Assembly (NCBI GenBank): GCA_017463125.1
Contig: JAFTPV010000005.1
Span: forward strand, 7,519 to 71,518
From: Clostridia bacterium
GTDB lineage: Bacteria; Bacillota; Clostridia; Oscillospirales; CAG-272
Reading direction: 5' to 3'
DNA: 64,000 nt
The notes beneath the pieces were generated by a model. The model ran no database searches and was not told where the DNA came from. It saw only the letters and a program-made list of their open reading frames with translations. Shown piece after piece: positions 41,357-50,027 of this stretch; position 1 is the first letter of the stretch, and each line of letters begins with the position of its first letter. A program made the translations under genes and the position numbers.

Positions 41357-42109
41357 ATGATTTCATACAGACTGAAAAAATGCGAATATCAGGACATAAG
41401 GCCGTATAGCGTTGGCAACGATCTGCGCGGTCCGGCAAGACGCGGCCCTTGCATAAAAGAACATTACCTGCTCCATTTCGTAACGTCGGGGCACGGAACC
41501 CTCGAGAACAAATACGGAGTATATAAGATCGGCCCCGGTGACATGTTTATAATAAGGAAGGGAGAAACCGTAACCTACGAGTCCTCAAACGACGACCCCT
41601 GGTATTACGTATACATAAACCTTGACGGCGATATAGCGAAGGTGTTTGACACAGAAAGGTCGGTATATCCAACTCCAAAAAACTTTACCACAAGGTTTGA
41701 AAAGCTGCTTAACGACAGGGTTGAGGAGCCGAGCATCTTTACCGCTCTGCTCTACGAGCTTATATATAATCTGTTTGAAAAGGAGGACCAATCAGCAGAC
41801 TCTATTACTGCCGTAAAAAACTATATCAGAAGTAATTATACAAAGCGCATTACTGCGGAGAGCGTGTCGGTCGCCTTTGGCTTCGAGCGTAGCTATCTTT
41901 ACCGTATGTTCAAGAAAAAATACGGTCTTGGGGTAAAGGAATATATAATACAGACGAGAATGGAGGCCGCCGAGCACCTGCTCTCGCTCGGTATAACCGT
42001 GAGAGAAACCGCCGCAAACGTTGGTTACCACGATGAATTTAATTTTTCAAAGGCGTTCAGAAAACATTTCGGATATCCGCCAAGTACAATAAAAAGCAGG
42101 GCGCGATAA
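41357..42109 (+). CDS. AraC-family regulator
   Basis: Cupin-like N-domain; ERSYLYRMFK...VGYHDEFNFSKAFRKHFGYPPS; true start ATG 41357 after GGAGG. Confidence 0.92.
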   Translation: MISYRLKKCEYQDIRPYSVGNDLRGPARRGPCIKEHYLLHFVTSGHGTLENKYGVYKIGPGDMFIIRKGETVTYESSNDDPWYYVYINLDGDIAKVFDTERSVYPTPKNFTTRFEKLLNDRVEEPSIFTALLYELIYNLFEKEDQSADSITAVKNYIRSNYTKRITAESVSVAFGFERSYLYRMFKKKYGLGVKEYIIQTRMEAAEHLLSLGITVRETAANVGYHDEFNFSKAFRKHFGYPPSTIKSRAR

Positions 42110-42117
42110 AAGTGAAC

Positions 42118-42470
42118 AAAAAAGCACTCCTTTGGAGTGCGGATGCGATACGGGAATCAGCCTCGTCTTGCAAGCTCTCCGAAGGAGAGGACGAGGCAAT
42201 GTTGCGAACCCATGCGGCTTTACCGCTGGGACGATGAGCGGACTAGCCGTCAAAAAGAGATGAGCACTCGCAAGGAGTGCCTATTTTACGGGAATTTCAG
42301 CCGAGCTGAATATTTGCTCGCTTGCCGCTTACGAGCAAGCTCGACGCGCTCTGCGCGGCAAATACTAACCCATGCACCGTCGCGCGTAGCGCTAGGTGCT
42401 GGGGAGATTCCCGTACGCGTCACCACAGAATGAAAAAAGCACTCCTTTTGGAGTGCTCATTCTGTGGTGA
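42118..42470. repeat. tRNA-Glu-derived palindromic repeat cluster, including an inverted copy of the tRNA 3' end
   Basis: GATTCCCGTACGCGTCACCA (42406-42425) equals the last 20 nt of tRNA-Glu; TACGGGAAT...AACCCATG fragments twice; three GCACTC..GAGTGC hairpins. Confidence 0.75.
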
Positions 42471-43934
42471 AGCAAGCGCTTCAATATCCGAACTTTTCTC
42501 GATTGCGTCAAATTCCTCTCTTGTGGGGACTGTTACCGGCTCGTTTTTGAAGTTGAAAGTGATTACAAGCTTGTCGTCATAAAGGAGCACGCATTTGACC
42601 AAACTGTCTATCAAACGCTCTCGATTCCGCTCTAATGTCAAGTCTAGTTTACGAAATTTGTCTAAAACGAATAGAACCTGCTCCTTTGTAAGCTTTGGAG
42701 AGCTTGTCTGCTCTTTCAAAATATTAAGCTGAATTTGTTCTTCCTTGTCTTCAAGCTCTTCTAGCTTTGCTTTAGTTGAACGAGTGATAATTCCTGCCTC
42801 GATAGCCTTCATTACGTTGTCGATGGACTTACGAACTTCCTTTAGCTGAGCCTCAAGAAGCGGTATAACCTTGTTGTCCTCATCAAGCAAAGCGACAATC
42901 TCGTCGGCAATCTTATCAAGTGCTTCGTCATCAAACAGAACCTTGATGACCTTATTCAGCACAAGCCCCTCAATCCATTCCTTACGAACGGCTTTTTTAT
43001 CGCACTCGTGCCTCTTTGCGCTGGCACATTTGTAATAGCGGTAGATATTGCCGTTTTTCTTTTGCGCGGAGTCACCAACCATCATACTGTGGCACTTTCC
43101 GCAGAAAAGCTTGGTTGTCAGCACGTACTTTTCCGGAGCTTTGTTCTTTGCCGATGCGTGCTTGTTCTGTGCCATGCGCCTCTCGACTGCCTTAAAGGTG
43201 TCTTCTGACACAATAGCAGGTACACCGCCCGGAATCTCAATGCCGTTATAGTGATACACTCCCATATATGATTTGTTTGTAAACATTCGGTTGAGCGTGC
43301 CGTTATTAAACTCTGAGCCCTTCTGCGTTTTCAAGCCTCTTGCGTTGAGGCTACGGACTATTTCAACAATAGACTCACCGTGAGCATAACGCTCAAATAT
43401 TTCAGCCACTATGGGAGCTTTTAAGGGGTCAATTTGGAAATGTTTGTCTTCGTCAACGGTATAACCGTAAGGAAGACCGTTTCCACCGTTAAAACGGCAT
43501 TTCAAGGCGTTCTCGGTCATCCCTCTCGTGACCTTCTCGGCAAGGTCGGCTGAATAGTATTCTGCCATACCCTCGAGCACAGACTCGAGAATTATTCCCT
43601 CCGCACCTTCAGAGATTGCCTCGGTTGCAGAAACAACACGAACGTTGTTTTTCTTCAAAGCAGCTTTGTATTTCGCACTGTCGTAGCGGTTACGAGAAAA
43701 GCGGTCAAGCTTCCAAACTATGACTACGTCAAAGGTCTTTTTAGCGCTGTCGCGTATCATTCGCTGAAACTCAGGACGGTTGTCTGTCTTGGCAGAAAAT
43801 GCCCTGTCTATGTAATGCCCAACTATCGTGATACCGTTTTTTTCAGCAAAAGCAGTGTTCTCACGAATCTGCCCCTCAATCGACTCCTCACGCTGATTAT
43901 CCGAGGAATACCGAGCGTAAATTACACCTGTCAT
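42420..43934 (-). CDS. Large serine recombinase (integrase)
   Basis: VIYARYSS catalytic motif, RPEFQRM, KLDRFSRN, PYGY, Zn ribbon LFCGKC...YYKC, coiled coil. Confidence 0.96.
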   Translation of the reverse strand: MTGVIYARYSSDNQREESIEGQIRENTAFAEKNGITIVGHYIDRAFSAKTDNRPEFQRMIRDSAKKTFDVVIVWKLDRFSRNRYDSAKYKAALKKNNVRVVSATEAISEGAEGIILESVLEGMAEYYSADLAEKVTRGMTENALKCRFNGGNGLPYGYTVDEDKHFQIDPLKAPIVAEIFERYAHGESIVEIVRSLNARGLKTQKGSEFNNGTLNRMFTNKSYMGVYHYNGIEIPGGVPAIVSEDTFKAVERRMAQNKHASAKNKAPEKYVLTTKLFCGKCHSMMVGDSAQKKNGNIYRYYKCASAKRHECDKKAVRKEWIEGLVLNKVIKVLFDDEALDKIADEIVALLDEDNKVIPLLEAQLKEVRKSIDNVMKAIEAGIITRSTKAKLEELEDKEEQIQLNILKEQTSSPKLTKEQVLFVLDKFRKLDLTLERNRERLIDSLVKCVLLYDDKLVITFNFKNEPVTVPTREEFDAIEKSSDIEALASPQNEHSKRSAFFILW

Positions 43935-44179
43935 TCTGTTTCCGCCTTTCTTAAAGTAGTGGTCTTATTGTAGCATGGAGAAAAAGAATTTTCAAGTCGT
44001 TTTGGAGATAAATTTTTCTGCTTTTTCGACTTCCGAAGTATATTTTTTTACCGCTTAAATCAAAGATCAATGAATTCAAAAGACGGTTAGTACTTGCAAT
44101 CACAAAAGCAGTGTGTAAAACAATTTATAAAAAAGGAAAGAAAATGAACGGACCGTGGAGACTTAGGAAATGTTTTTTG

Positions 44180-46819
44180 TCAAAAGCAAATTTTCACAGG
44201 ACCGAAAAGTCCCGCAGAAAGGTTATCCTCGCAAAACACCATTTGTCTGTCATGATAAGGTGAAAGCTGCCATTTTGCAAACTTCTCAAAGGTTTTTGTG
44301 TACTTATATTCATTTGCGGCACTACCGGTAACACGAATTGCCAAAGTATTATTGGCTTTTAGCATATCGGCAGAAAGTGTGAGCTTATAAGGCGGCATAA
44401 TAAGTACACCTACTGACTCACCGTTAAGAAATACTTCTGCAGAATAGTCCACTCTACCCAGGTCTAGAGTAAATCTGTCAAAGGCTGCATTTGGCTTTTC
44501 AAATTCGGTAAGGTAAGAGCAAGTACCTGAGAATCCGTCTCCAAGTCTTGTTCTCCAATCGCCCAGTTGTATAGGCAAATACGGCTCATCAAACGCTTTT
44601 CGATATATATTCATATCCCCGAGAACGATTTGTGTGTTTTTCTTAAACAGATACTCTTCGCTTAGTGTGACTTCATTTGAATATGTATCTTTTTCGAGCT
44701 CAAAATCTTCATCTGTATAGAGAAGAGCTGCGACCTCTCCCGACTCAAGCGCAAATTCAGCTATACCGTCTTTCACTTCAAGCTTAAGGAGCTTTCCGCG
44801 TGTGATGTCTATAAGCATCGGTGCTTTTCCGTTCACGGTAAGTACAACCCTATCCTTTTCAAATCCCTGGTTAAAGATGATATCCATTTTTCCGTTTTCA
44901 AGCGACTTTGAATAGACACGAAGATTGCCTGAGGAAAAATCTATCGATGTATCAGAAGAACAAATCCCCTTACAGCTTTCAACCGCTTCGGCACCGAAAA
45001 TTTTCGGAGTAAGGTCGTTTTTTACGGTAACAACTCTTCCACCCGAGGCTATAAATTTCTCAAGGCGTTTTATAATGCTATCGGGAATGTATTTAGCGGG
45101 CGGAATTATAATCGTTTTATATTTCGCTTTTCCCATAGCTATCATACCGCAAAGCAGAGCATCCTCGTCACAGCCACAGATAACGTCATCATCAAGAATG
45201 TCAAAGTAAATTCCATCCTCTTCAAGCTCAAATCCTGCCTTCTCGTATCCTTCGCATACCGTTTTAGTATTATTACCCGACCAAATGTCGCACATAGGTA
45301 AATAAAGGGCGGTGTCAACAAGTCTATCGCCAAGAGATGTAATATAAGAAAGTCTTTCGCAATACTCGTTAAAGGCTCTTAGTTCATTGTAGTTTTGCAA
45401 TTCCTCACAAAAGTCGGGGCGTTCTCCGGTCATAAAGAACCCACCTTTGCCATAGTTCTTTATCATCAAATTGAAAACATTAATGCCCCGCACGGCTTGA
45501 AATCCAAAGACGTAACGCATTTCTTGATAAGTGATACTCTGTCCGTAAACGCCAAAGCTCTCTGTAGCAGAAAGGACACTGCCTATCTGAGCCGCTGCAG
45601 ATGATGCATATCTTGGGAAAAATCTGTTTTCTGCCGTCATTGTTATTCCAACAAGCTTTGGTTCGGCGGGGAAAATCTGTCGCCATATAGCATCAACGGC
45701 AGGAATGTTAAAATTACGAAGCGCTCGCATAATATGATAGTTCGCCTGTCTTATGCTTCCCAAAGGATTATCATCACCGTTAAGATGACCGACAAAGGAC
45801 ATATTATGCTCGTTTGCCCACTGCTTTTCACGCAGGAGATAGTTTTTACAAAAAAGCTCGCTGCAAAGGTCATACCATCTTATGATCGCCTTTGCGGATG
45901 CTTCGGGTACCGTAACATCTTCCAAGTCTTCCGAAGACCTTGTTGCAGTCACGGTTACAGTATTTTCCGTTGTGTCAATATCCTCATATTCTTTCCAAAG
46001 TCTTTCATTGTTTTTCCACAATACGTCAAGATGGGGTCTAATAGATTCGCCGTACCTGCGTTCATATTCCTTTTCAATTTCAGGTCTGAACGGCATAGGT
46101 GTCGGTCCGCAAGGCTCGTCTGAGAACACCGCACTTATTTTATTACCAAAATGCTCTGATAGAGTACGAGCGTAACCAGGGAAGGTTTCATCAATGAAGG
46201 CATCGGTGGCCTCCGCAAGCATGAGGTCGGGGAAATCGGGAGAACCAGGTGAGCCAAAATAGAAGCGTCGGGAAAAGTACTCACTCACCTCGATATCCTC
46301 GGTAGCTACGTAGTTTTCTTCTATCATTTTACCGTCAGGTAAAAATGCCGCTGCGGTACACTCGCCCGGAACATACTTATCTCCGCCTTTAAGCTTAATC
46401 TTTCTTTGTCCAAGACCGCGTCTTGCAAGCTCGGGGTGTTTCAAAAGAACTCTTCCGCACGCGCCTCCCGAGGGCCAACCGCCCTCATCATATATCCAAG
46501 CAATCATACCTCGTGAAAATGCAGATTTCAAGGCATAAGCATACGCCTCGTAATAAGGCTCGGTAAGATAGTCAGGCTCAAGCATAGTGGGCATGCAGTC
46601 GGGTCTGAATGTTTTTGGCTCGGGAATTATATAAAACGCCTTTATTCCAAGTCTTTCAAATTCATCTAGCTGGCGATCGGTTTCCTCGTTTGTAACAGGG
46701 GCATTCCAAACCCAACTGTATATAGGCGAGCAGCTCGTTTCAGGAGCTAAAAACTCGCTTTTTGTGAACTTAGATTTGCATTTCCTGTAATTATCGTTAA
46801 AATTCATAATTGTTTCCAT
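44180..46819 (-). CDS. GH106-like glycoside hydrolase (alpha-L-rhamnosidase-related)
   Basis: P.YSWVWN, WIYDEGGWPSG, FSDEP, TESFG, C-terminal LDLGRV..SAEVFLNG...GLFGPV; start may be ATG 46807. Confidence 0.75.
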   Translation of the reverse strand: METIMNFNDNYRKCKSKFTKSEFLAPETSCSPIYSWVWNAPVTNEETDRQLDEFERLGIKAFYIIPEPKTFRPDCMPTMLEPDYLTEPYYEAYAYALKSAFSRGMIAWIYDEGGWPSGGACGRVLLKHPELARRGLGQRKIKLKGGDKYVPGECTAAAFLPDGKMIEENYVATEDIEVSEYFSRRFYFGSPGSPDFPDLMLAEATDAFIDETFPGYARTLSEHFGNKISAVFSDEPCGPTPMPFRPEIEKEYERRYGESIRPHLDVLWKNNERLWKEYEDIDTTENTVTVTATRSSEDLEDVTVPEASAKAIIRWYDLCSELFCKNYLLREKQWANEHNMSFVGHLNGDDNPLGSIRQANYHIMRALRNFNIPAVDAIWRQIFPAEPKLVGITMTAENRFFPRYASSAAAQIGSVLSATESFGVYGQSITYQEMRYVFGFQAVRGINVFNLMIKNYGKGGFFMTGERPDFCEELQNYNELRAFNEYCERLSYITSLGDRLVDTALYLPMCDIWSGNNTKTVCEGYEKAGFELEEDGIYFDILDDDVICGCDEDALLCGMIAMGKAKYKTIIIPPAKYIPDSIIKRLEKFIASGGRVVTVKNDLTPKIFGAEAVESCKGICSSDTSIDFSSGNLRVYSKSLENGKMDIIFNQGFEKDRVVLTVNGKAPMLIDITRGKLLKLEVKDGIAEFALESGEVAALLYTDEDFELEKDTYSNEVTLSEEYLFKKNTQIVLGDMNIYRKAFDEPYLPIQLGDWRTRLGDGFSGTCSYLTEFEKPNAAFDRFTLDLGRVDYSAEVFLNGESVGVLIMPPYKLTLSADMLKANNTLAIRVTGSAANEYKYTKTFEKFAKWQLSPYHDRQMVFCEDNLSAGLFGPVKICF

Positions 46820-46834
46820 TAAATATAGTCGATT

Positions 46835-46872
46835 AAAAAACGTAAGGCTTGATATTCAAGCCTTACGTTTTT
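46835..46872. terminator. Bidirectional terminator-like hairpin after cassette 2
   Basis: AAAAACGTAAGGCTTGA / TCAAGCCTTACGTTTTT. Confidence 0.8.
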
Positions 46873-46894
46873 GTTTATAAGCCTTGAGTAAAGC

Positions 46895-48529
46895 TTATTT
46901 TGCGGTTCTGTTGAGGTTGGGAAGTGTGGTTTCAACAGACTGAACAAATTGAATGTTATCCATATAAACTATACCCTCGTATCCCTCGAAGTTGTTCTCA
47001 AGAGTTGCAAATCTTGCAGGAACAGAAGGCCAATTTACATAGAATCCAAGCGAGCCCTCGTTAACGACGTAAGCACCGTCTGTGTTAAGATATGCCTTTT
47101 CGGTAGCACCCGAGGAGGTATGTCTGTCAGCGGTATCCATAATAAATACCTGCTTGCCGTTTACAGATATAACAAGTATGTAATCGTTTACGCCGTCCTG
47201 AACGTTATGTGTCCAATACTCAAACTGGAGATTGAAGGTCTCACAAAGGTCTCTGGGTGTTTCTGCATCATTGATCTGCATTGTGTAGAATGTGAACTCT
47301 GTTGCACCGCTATCGCCGGGTAAAACTCTGAATTCGATAGCACCTGTAGCTGTGCGGTAGTAAGCTCTTACTCTGTAACCGAGATTATCTCCGGAGAACG
47401 CAAAGTTAATATGAGGAGTTTCACCAGTGCCTGTGTAGTTCAAGGTGTAATCTGCGGAATATACGAAGTGATTGAAGCTTTCAACAGCCTTGGTGGGAAC
47501 AACTGCCAGTGTGTTATTTTTAGTTGTTGTGAGCTTGAGGCTATTGCCATCCGCATCCTCGCTCATCTTTTCTACCGAGAGAGCTATGTGAGTGTTTGTA
47601 GAACTTCTGGTACGCAGCGCCTTAAGAACATTCTGATACTTTGCTGTTGCGAAAGGAACTGTGGGACAGGAGCCGGTGAGAAGCCAACCGCCGCTTATTG
47701 TAGTTTCAGTAATTGCAATGTTGCCGAGGTCGCCCTCTTCCATATCGTCAAAGGTAAGGAGCGATGCGGTGTCGAGGTAATTTTCGACAAGGATCATATC
47801 ACCGTTTACGGTAATTTCCTCGCCAACGTTGTAGGTCTGTCCGCTGATAGAATCCTTGTATCCGGCAAAGGAAAGACCATCTTTCGTAGCTTCACCGGTG
47901 TGGGTGAGGGTTATTTTGTCGCCCGCGAGAACGATACCTCTCGAAAGAGTGCCGAACGTTCCGTTTTCAACGGTAACGTATTTATAATCGGTTGCGAGCT
48001 TATCAGTGTTGTGACCGAGTATTCTCTGAACGCTTGCACCGTATTCAATGATGGCATTGAAATCTGCATCATTTTCATCCATTGTTCCCTCAGTGAATAC
48101 CATTTCCTTGCAGTACTCAACAACGCTGTACTGCTCAACTTCGCTGTAAACATAAGCGCCGTCAATAAGCGCTCTCGCCTGAAGATATACCTGGTCGGCA
48201 AGGTTCTTTGCATTAACACCGGGAGTTGCGAAGAGCTGGCAATTTGCACCCCAAACATCGCCGCTGCCATAAGGCGCAACAACAACCGGAGTTGATGATT
48301 CTGTGGGATACTCGTTGTAAACAAGAAGCTCTACATCGCTATCGCCTACGTTCTCTGCCTTTACGGCAACGCTGAGAACTACATTACTCTTAAATGAAAC
48401 GTTCTTTGACCAGATGTCAAGTGTCGGGGTAGCATCTGCTTCCTCCGCTGTAGTCATAATAGCAAGAGAGGAGCATATAAGAAGCGCGAGAGAAATTACT
48501 AAAACCAAAAGTTTTGTCTGTTTTTTCAT
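46895..48529 (-). CDS. Secreted/surface protein, cassette 2 gene D
   Basis: Signal peptide MKKQTKLLVL..; I.SKNV...AV, GVNAKNLADQVY, YSVVEY, YGASVQ N-domain shared with the other D genes. Confidence 0.85.
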   Translation of the reverse strand: MKKQTKLLVLVISLALLICSSLAIMTTAEEADATPTLDIWSKNVSFKSNVVLSVAVKAENVGDSDVELLVYNEYPTESSTPVVVAPYGSGDVWGANCQLFATPGVNAKNLADQVYLQARALIDGAYVYSEVEQYSVVEYCKEMVFTEGTMDENDADFNAIIEYGASVQRILGHNTDKLATDYKYVTVENGTFGTLSRGIVLAGDKITLTHTGEATKDGLSFAGYKDSISGQTYNVGEEITVNGDMILVENYLDTASLLTFDDMEEGDLGNIAITETTISGGWLLTGSCPTVPFATAKYQNVLKALRTRSSTNTHIALSVEKMSEDADGNSLKLTTTKNNTLAVVPTKAVESFNHFVYSADYTLNYTGTGETPHINFAFSGDNLGYRVRAYYRTATGAIEFRVLPGDSGATEFTFYTMQINDAETPRDLCETFNLQFEYWTHNVQDGVNDYILVISVNGKQVFIMDTADRHTSSGATEKAYLNTDGAYVVNEGSLGFYVNWPSVPARFATLENNFEGYEGIVYMDNIQFVQSVETTLPNLNRTAK

Positions 48530-48565
48530 AGTTTTTTCCTTTCGTAAATAAGTTTTCTGTTTCTT

Positions 48566-48709
48566 TTAATTAGGTTTTGTCCAAGAGTCCGGGTTGGGGT
48601 CGTCGTCGCCGAAGATGTCGCCGCTTGTGGAAATTACGTCATTTTGCTGAAAATCAATTATTTCCAAAAAAGGCTTATCGTAAATCGATTTTCTTTTCTT
48701 TCTTTCCAT
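48566..48709 (-). CDS. 47-aa peptide, cassette 2 gene C: MERKKRKSIYDKPFLEIIDFQQNDVISTSGDIFGDDDPNPDSWTKPN
   Basis: Translated by hand; GAAAGG RBS, ATG start, TAA stop; homologous to the peptides at 12303 and 61515. Confidence 0.85.
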   Translation of the reverse strand: MERKKRKSIYDKPFLEIIDFQQNDVISTSGDIFGDDDPNPDSWTKPN

Positions 48710-48743
48710 ATAACCTTTCCTTTCTTGTTTATTTAATGTTTAA

Positions 48744-50003
48744 TTAATACTTTAAGTTGTAGAAGAATGCCTGATAACTATCCTTTGAGTAAAGGGGAAT
48801 AATCTTGTTTCCTCCGAAGCCTAAGCACTCAAATATTTTTACATTGGTTGACGTAGAACCGAGTACGGTGGCATTTATATCACCCTCGTTTGGCGCCTCT
48901 CCGTTAGGAAGACGTCTTGCAACAGGCGCGCCCTGCGAAAGTGCTGCTGTGCGATGAGGACACATTGAAATCGACCCATCCTTTTTCATAAAAGTTGCAA
49001 GCTTTTTGCTGGTTGCTCTTATAGCTTCGGGAGCGCGGAGAAGACATTCTTTATTTACCTTTTCAATAAAATCTGCGCCTCCCCCGCAGGCATTCTTTGC
49101 GTTAAAGAGCAGGTTTGATATAGTGTACCAGGTGTTATAGATGTAGCAAACAGTTACCGTAGGCTCGTCGAAGCTTGTGATACAGTCCATAGCCGTCATA
49201 ACGACCTTGTCGGCATAGTTAAAGGGGCGGTTTGCCTCTTGGTAAAGAAAGCTTATCTTGAAGGCACCGTTTACTGCGTCGTATCCCGGCTTTTCTGCCC
49301 AAAGGCCGTTTTCTTTATTTCTCACATCCTCAAGGAAATCTATCGCGGTATCGAGAAGTCCTGCTGCGGAAAGCTGTCTTACCTGAGCCGCAAGATTATT
49401 TCCCGAATAATAAGAGTTCGTTTTCCAGTCGAATTTTTCAAGATACTCGATAAATGCCTTTTTGTTTTTCAGATATTCAGGTAGCGCTATAACAGAGCTT
49501 TGGTCGTTTTCATCAAGATTCTGCTTAAGGCGCTCGATAGCTGTGGAGTATGGGAGCTTGAACTTAAGCCTATGCGAAAGATCTACCGCCCATTGCAGGT
49601 CTCTTCCGCGCCTTGAATCCGTTATATCCTTTCCCCACTGGGGATGATAGATATATCCGTCGTCAATATCAAGCAGTGAGCAAACGAACATAGCTATCTT
49701 TCTTCTCATTGCCTTCGGAAGCTCGTCATCTGAATCTATAATTCCCGAGTAGTGTATAAGGTTAAGCGCCTGGAGCGTGCTTTCAACATCGGGAAGAAAT
49801 CCGGAATTATCTCTTGCGGAGTTGGAGTAATAAAATCCGCCAACTCCCTTACTGTAAAGTTTGGCAAGCCATTCAAGGAGACTGTCGCTGTACATCTCGT
49901 GATGCTCTCTTAACGCCTCTATTACCGCATCTGCGTTGCCGCCCTTGTTGCTTATCTCTTCTTTAAGATCCTTCCATTTGTCGTTATAAAGTTCGCTGTT
50001 CAT
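48744..50003 (-). CDS. Stand-alone cytoplasmic domain X protein, cassette 2 gene B
   Basis: 419 aa; GGFYYSNSARDN.GFLPDVEST, GYIYHPQW, SRRGRDL, YNTWY, KKDGS, EGDINAT. Confidence 0.8.
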   Translation of the reverse strand: MNSELYNDKWKDLKEEISNKGGNADAVIEALREHHEMYSDSLLEWLAKLYSKGVGGFYYSNSARDNSGFLPDVESTLQALNLIHYSGIIDSDDELPKAMRRKIAMFVCSLLDIDDGYIYHPQWGKDITDSRRGRDLQWAVDLSHRLKFKLPYSTAIERLKQNLDENDQSSVIALPEYLKNKKAFIEYLEKFDWKTNSYYSGNNLAAQVRQLSAAGLLDTAIDFLEDVRNKENGLWAEKPGYDAVNGAFKISFLYQEANRPFNYADKVVMTAMDCITSFDEPTVTVCYIYNTWYTISNLLFNAKNACGGGADFIEKVNKECLLRAPEAIRATSKKLATFMKKDGSISMCPHRTAALSQGAPVARRLPNGEAPNEGDINATVLGSTSTNVKIFECLGFGGNKIIPLYSKDSYQAFFYNLKY

Positions 50004-50027
50004 TGGTATTGCCTTTCTGGTTTTGCG

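Noticed and set aside
42406-42425. attL direct repeat or second tRNA gene
   Set aside because: The 20-nt tRNA copy is inverted relative to tRNA-Glu and lacks the rest of the cloverleaf; the true direct repeat is TGGTGA at 42465
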